From Selaginella moellendorffii (Eukaryota > Plantae > Lycopodiophyta), in NCBI RefSeq assembly GCF_000143415.4, contig NW_003314263.1, positions 3,792,451 through 3,856,450 of the forward strand: 64,000 nt of DNA. The letters run 5' to 3'. The notes under the pieces are model-generated. The model made no database searches. It saw nothing but the letters and a program-made list of their open reading frames with translations, and was not told the DNA's origin. Positions 61,394 to 64,000 of the stretch are shown in pieces. Both the position numbers and the translations under genes were made by a program. Numbering within the stretch: position 1 is the first letter of the stretch; the number at the start of each line of letters is the position of its first letter.

Positions 61394-61954
61394 TCGATGG
61401 AAGCAGCAGCTATATTACCTGGATACAAAGCCACGAAAACAAGTTTTTGAAGGACATCCTGCCGTGAGATGTCCACTAAAGAGTAAGAACTACTCTCGCA
61501 AAATCTGGAACGCAGTGAGCTCTGGATACGCACAGAACGACGAAAGTGTAGTTGTTTGAGGCTCTCTTGTGAGAAGGTGGCGATGGTGGTTTTTTATTGA
61601 ATTGGATTTGATTTCTCGTTTCGTTCTGGCAGAATGGTGTCTCTTATGTGACACTTGACAACATCACGAAGGAAGAAACGGTGGAGTGTGTGGTAGCGTT
61701 GCCCTCTAGTAAGCTCAAGGCCATAGCTTTTGAAGGAATGACTGAACCATAATTCTTTGAATTATGGTTCCATGCTATCATGTCAGTGGATCCGATTAAG
61801 CGTGCTGCATTGTTCGACGATCTCCCGAAGATATTTACCGGCCTTTTTTGAGGTTTGGTTCGAGAGTTTCCCCCTTTTCCCCCAGTTTGCTCCCCAAGAA
61901 AAATTGGTTCCTGCAAGATTCTGACCGTCTTGATCAGGTAGCTCGTTTTCAGAT

Positions 61955-62908
61955 AACAACGTCGCGATCGGTCGAAAACTCTGCGAGAATCAGCCATGCT
62001 CCAACACTTACCATACATGTCGACCAAGCAGCTTGCCACGTACAAGTCTTCCAGATCAAAGCCTCGCTCTGATACCAACGAGTGCACCGCCATTCCGGCT
62101 TCCCGCGAACGCAGCGTCACGATCTTCCCATCGACTTGCCTTCCCTGTTCTTGAGTTGACGCCTTAAGCGCAGCCACCAAAGACTGGGAGTGTAGCAAAT
62201 CTCCAAAGAGTTGAAGGCCATCTTTCCCTCATCGTTCTCAGTTGAGAAGAGCGTTGACTACGAATATGTTTGAGTCACATCCCAGTCTGTCGGCCGTGCC
62301 GTGGATCGCGTAACTAGAAACCTGAGCTTCTCCTGTGGATTCCGAGCTTCTTTCTTGGCTCCGAGGCCTGGAGAGCAGCGACAACACTCCAGCTATCGAG
62401 CTGACAACCTCGGGACGACACCATATTCATAAACATCTCTAGAGCTAGCTCCTCGTTCTCACCATCCTGTGCGTAGCCGAGCATCAAAACGTTCCACGAG
62501 ACCACATCCCGACTTTTCATCCTGTCGAAAACCTCTTGAGCACGCACCATGCTCCGGCACTTCACGTACATGTCGATGAGAGCATTCCGCACGTAGCCTC
62601 GGCTTGACGATGGTCTTCTTCGGCAGCTGCCAGAGGCGAGCGCAGCGGCAAAAGTTCGTGCGTTTGCTGCGCAGCACTGTTGTATCGATCGAAAGAGCTA
62701 CAAGGCCATCTCGGCCTCGCCATTCTCCGCATAGCCACTTCGTCGGGGCGAGGAATCCTGTCGAAGGCCTACTGTGCTTCCACCACGCTGTCACACTTCA
62801 TGTACATCGCCACCAAGTCCGACTCTCGCGTTCGCGTGATCTTTCGACGTCTCTAGCTCTGGAGCACGACTTTAGCCCCGCGAGACAAGCGCTTCTCTCG
62901 AGCTGATA
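61955..62908 (-). pseudogene. Inverted, heavily deleted copy of the 5' half of the 37402-39819 PPR
   Basis: NALIDMYVKCRSMVRAQEVFDRMK.RDVVSWNVLMLGYAQ.GENEELALEMF and GFDLEDLYVA.CLVDMYGKC match 37480-38760. A + strand piece at 61505-61580 matches 38760-38845. Confidence 0.88.
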
Positions 62909-63790
62909 AGCACGCCGGTCTTGGTGCTGATCTTTTTTTTGTTTTTGTGATCACTGGATTTGTGTGCTCGCTCGCCAGGGTTTTCCTCCGACTTTGCGTA
63001 CCAAGTCACTTACATTGTCAAGCGGTCGTATCCAAGTCGTGAACAAAAATGGCATAGGAGTAATCGATCATATGCTGGAACCGATAACAATGTCGTAATC
63101 CCACGCAAGGCTGTGCAACGTAGGAGTGTTTTTCGAGTCGAGGCAGACTCGCAGCTGCTTGTCACTCGGCTGCCTGTTTATCGTCCCGCGATTTCACGTT
63201 GTCTCAAATCGAGCCGGAGAGAATGGAATGGAATGGTTCTCGATCATCACCACCGAGAAGTAAGCTTTCTACCTTTTTTGGCCTGGAGGTCTGACCGATC
63301 CAACTTTTTTGCTGGAAAAACGAGCCAGTGTTCTCTCATCTCGCCGGAAGAACTACCATATCGGCTGTGAAAACTTTATAAAAAAATTTGGCTCTACCCA
63401 AAGCGTTCGAAAATTTGCCTTCGTTGATTCGGGACATCTTGAAAAGCCGTCCACGCTTCTTTGAGCGCCATCTCCTCAGCTTCCTCTTTCCAATTGATTG
63501 GTCTAGAGTTTGGCACGGATCCTCGATGCTAGAAATCAGGACCTGGAACCAAATCACCTGTCCTTAGAATAAAAAAGTTCATGTACCCTTGCATTGACTG
63601 GGTTGACTTTCATTGACTGGGTCTTCGTTTGTAAGCTATTTGGGTGGGAAGAAGAGCGTCGTGTGTCCTGCGAGACCGCATCTCAACTCCATCTTCCACG
63701 TTAAAAGCCGCGCAAATCGTTTTGGGCGACAAGCTCTTGATCACTCCATGAAAATCCTCGCTGGAAACAATGGAAACTCTGCCTCCGCAC
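62908..63790. pseudogene. Bicupin gene fragments in both orientations (+ 62908-63352; - 63590-63790)
   Basis: SPGFSSDFAYQVTYIV..GMEWFSIITTEK and VIKSLSPKTICAAFNVEDGVE match 36555-37095. Confidence 0.85.
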
Positions 63791-64000
63791 GGCAAACTCT
63801 CCATTGCATTATTGCGTGAATATTCGAAGAATAAACATAAATGGAGAATATGCTGGCGGTTTAGGGCTCATCTTTTCTCTTCTTTTCTCGCAGGTAGCTC
63901 GTTCGGAGATTTTGCGAGAGAAGTTGTCCACGAACACAGGCGGTGGAGATCTAATGGGGGATTGTCTCGTGGCTTGTATTCAGGTAATATAGCTATTGTT

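Overview
Gene-dense land-plant nuclear DNA with tiny (about 45-70 bp) introns and many intronless PLS-class PPR genes. This pattern suggests a lycophyte such as Selaginella (inference only). The left part (1.5-27.5 kb) is an orderly run of apparently intact genes: three PPRs, a small secreted peptide under a W-box cluster, a coiled-coil protein, a SCY1-like kinase, two tandem alpha-tubulins, AP-3 sigma, a UQCC1/Cbp3-like chaperone, RopGDI and TRS120/TRAPPC9. The right part (27.9-64 kb) is a rearranged accessory zone with intact bicupin, PPR and pyruvate kinase genes. It also holds an unrecognised tandem-domain gene family, many intron-retaining and deletion-riddled copies of neighbouring genes, and an AT-rich island with a secreted B-lectin ORF. 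Further elements are Tpt1/KptA, ARP5, AAE and PAP remnants and a Helitron relic with RPA70 fragments. The clearest unusual object is a complete 311-bp non-autonomous LTR retroelement (TRIM, 44783-45093). It has a 5-bp TSD, an iMet PBS and a PPT, and each of its 120-bp LTRs contains a full-length tRNA-like cloverleaf with Pol III A and B boxes.
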